Source: Felis catus
Lineage: Eukaryota
Direction: 5' to 3'
NCBI RefSeq assembly: GCF_018350175.1
Contig: NC_058374.1
Location: 59,520,001 to 59,584,000 of the forward strand
Length of the DNA stretch: 64,000 bases
In this document: piece by piece, positions 61,426 through 64,000 of the stretch
Position numbering within the stretch: the stretch's first letter is position 1
Layout of the letters: each line of letters begins with the position of its first letter
Translations under genes and position numbers: made by a program
Notes under the pieces: model-generated
Told to the model about the DNA's origin: nothing
What the model saw: the letters and a program-made list of their open reading frames with translations, nothing else
Databases searched by the model: none

Positions 61426-62249
61426 TGTGACTGCCCTTAAAACAATCTTGGTTCAGACCATGAGCACAGCCATATTTGGCCTGCTTCTGTCATTTCCTAT
61501 CCTAACCTTTCCTCCATTCTTGTCTCCCGAGTACCTTGGATGGAGATTAGCTTATGAGGAAGTAAACTATCCAATAAGAATATAGTGGGGTTCCACTGCA
61601 GAAAGGCCTGCTACCCTAGAGTTTATGAGAGAAGAAACAAAGACTAGGCAATGGGGTGAGCAGGATGAGAGACTAATCTGCAGAAGCCAAAGACACAGGA
61701 TCCAAGTCAGGATCCCAGAGACATGAGTGTGGAGCCAGAGAGATGAGATCAAAGTGGAGGTAGGTCAGGGGGAAAGGGCAGTGGTGTGGGCCATTTGCTT
61801 AAAATACCCACTAATGTTTGAAACTTGTTGTTATAGCCCAGCAGGAGTATAATACGTGCTGGATGGACCTGACTTCAAATGCTCAGGCAGGAACAGATAA
61901 TTTGCTTGTTCAAAACTCTTTATTGAAGCCTTAGTGCCTAAATAGCAGAGTCCCAGGTACTTGAACTTGCTCTTCAAGGTCTTCTAAAATATGATCTGAC
62001 CTTTCCTTCCTCACTTTGCACTCTCTATTCCTTTATTGTTCCTCAAATTCCTTTCATCTTCTGGTTTTTGTCTGGAATGCCTTTCTCCTGCCTCTCCTTC
62101 TGTACGAATTCTATTCATTTTTAAAGCCTCTGTTTCTCTGAATGCTGTCCTGACCACTCTAGCCTGATGTGAACTCTCCCCATTCTGGACTCTCACAGTC
62201 ATTATTATCTGCCCACGCATTTGGCAATTGGTCATTGTCTCCTTGAGAT

Positions 62250-62715
62250 TCTTTTGGAAACAAATCCCCCACCAAGCCAACTTAAGCAGTAAGAAATTTA
62301 TCATCTCATGTAGCAGGAAACTCTGAGTTAGGACAGACTCCAAGGTTGATTTAGGGACTTAAATGCATCATTGGTGACCCAAGTTTTCTCCACTCTGCCA
62401 TCCCATATCTGGTTTCTTCATGGCCATAAGATGGCTGCCAAAAGTATCTAGGGCCACCTTCTTCTAGCAGCATACAGTGGGAACCCTCTCCCTGAGCAGT
62501 GGCTATTGTTTCTCTCAGTTGGCTTGAGCCAGCGTTGGTCACGTGCCTACTGCTGGACCAGTAGCAGTTGCACAGGGAATGTCACGCGTTGCTAGTCCTT
62601 ACTCATTAGGACTATCACTTGGTCTGGGGAGAGATCCATCTTCTCTATCCCCTGGGAGGAGTGGATACTTGAGTAAATTTGGACTCCTGGTAGGAATCAA
62701 GAAGAGGAAAGATAA
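62250..62715 (-). mobile_element. Old MaLR LTR (MLT1K/L-like)
   Basis: aacttaagcagtaagaaatttatcatctcatgta...ctccactctgccatcc...cataagatggctgcc...ggtcacgtgcctac. Confidence 0.6.
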
Positions 62716-64000
62716 ATGCTGCATAGTCATTTATGGTGTTTATTATCTTGAACTGCTATTTGTACCTTGTATTGTCACCTTTTCACACTTTTTATACCTT
62801 TTGCCCCCGATGTAGATCGCAAACACTTTAGGATAAAACCTATATCTTAAATTTTGTAACCCCCAAATGTGTCAGTAAATATTTATTGTAGATGTAGATG
62901 TGTCTGTAAATATTTATTGATTGGATTTGACTTCTCTGAGATTCACCTACATTCTCTTTCTAGTGCTATAGAGGATGCTACTGAGGTTTCTAAGCTTCTG
63001 ACCGTAAACACAAAAATATAAGACTTTGGAGACCTTAAGCTCAGAAAGCTAGAGGTCAGTTTGGCATCATGTTGTGCTCCTTCCCTACCTCTGCCACAGG
63101 AACTACCTGGATATTAGCATCAAACCCTGATCAAGAAAGTGAGACCAAAGAGACTGCAAATTATATAGGGCGATAGATCTCTTTTCAGCCTTGATACTTG
63201 CATTTGAATACATTTCACTGCTGACGACTACATTTGCCTTAGCTACAAAGCATGCATTTTATTATATTCTCAGGAAGGACAGTGATCACAAAAATTGATA
63301 TTTAAGATATTTCATTCATTCATTCATTTAACAAACATGTTTTTGAATACTTATTACTGATCTCTGTATTAGGTACAGAAAATATAAATTTGGATAAGAA
63401 ATTCTTCCTGCGCTCAAGTTGTTCATTAGCAGATATGCTATCACTTCTTCAAATTTGGTAGAAGTTATTTCTGTATAGTCACTGGATTTAGACCTCAAAT
63501 CATCACCTGGAGTGGCTGATCTAGGGCTAAGTGTTTTGCTATGGACACTGCTGAGGAAGAACTGTAGTTTCACACCCTATTCAATGTCTAGCCTAAGGTG
63601 ATTCACTTAGATTGGCTTCTACATCACTAAAATGAAATTATTACTACTAGCCTACTTCTAGTACAACTATAAAACCCATTACCCATGTGTGAGGCATAAT
63701 TCTGACAGCCTAAGCTGGAGAATATCATTAGCTAAAGTATAGTAAGATTGGGTGAGGTGGTTGTTAGGAGGTTTCTGAATGAGTCAGACCTCTAGTGCTA
63801 AATTTATTAATGAGTCATTTTCCTTGCCTAGCAGACACTGTGGCAGAAAGTGAAAGAAGAAGCCATTCAATGTCTGTTTTTAAAAAAATGTATTCTGACC
63901 TTCAGTCTACCAAAGTAGATTTCAACATATTTTAGCATTTTAGACAATAACTTGTCACTGAAACATCCTCCTGGTTCCTCTCAATTTGGAAAAAGCAAGT

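Noticed and set aside
1-64000. Window-wide enrichment of TTATGTAA D-boxes
   Set aside because: I count only a handful, about what an AT-rich octamer gives by chance in 64 kb. Only copies in motif-dense contexts were kept.
1-64000. CRISPR array, operon or other prokaryote-type system
   Set aside because: No regularly spaced repeat-spacer structure and no gene-dense segment; the sequence is uniformly mammalian in character.

Overview
Mammalian nuclear DNA, almost certainly from a felid or other feliform carnivore: it carries about 20 Can-SINE/SINEC_Fc-type SINEs and a felid-type L1 3' end. It comes from a draft assembly with six short N-gaps. The only protein-coding sequence I can support is the last coding exon of sarcospan (SSPN, + strand, 4062-4427). 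This exon is preceded by the end of its last intron, which opens with a CpG-island-like block, and followed by a probable ~3.8-kb 3' UTR with a candidate poly(A) signal at 8262. The remaining ~55 kb looks intergenic; by recalled human synteny it lies between SSPN and the 3' end of ITPR2, with BHLHE41 upstream of SSPN. It is dominated by transposon fossils: SINEC, MIR, L1, L2, CR1/L3, MaLR/ERVL, Tigger and hAT elements. All other ORFs in the track look like chance or repeat-derived frames. I did not find a convincing new biological system. The best second-look items are: an unexplained 92-bp direct repeat 1760 bp apart; motif-dense candidate enhancer/promoter blocks (1-440, 38420-39010, 47912-47929); an L1 fossil with an internal inversion plus a fold-back hairpin; a SINE-in-SINE-in-L1 nest; and an ERV-L pol fossil interrupted by later insertions. 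Repeat family names come from recognition by eye and need RepeatMasker/Dfam confirmation.
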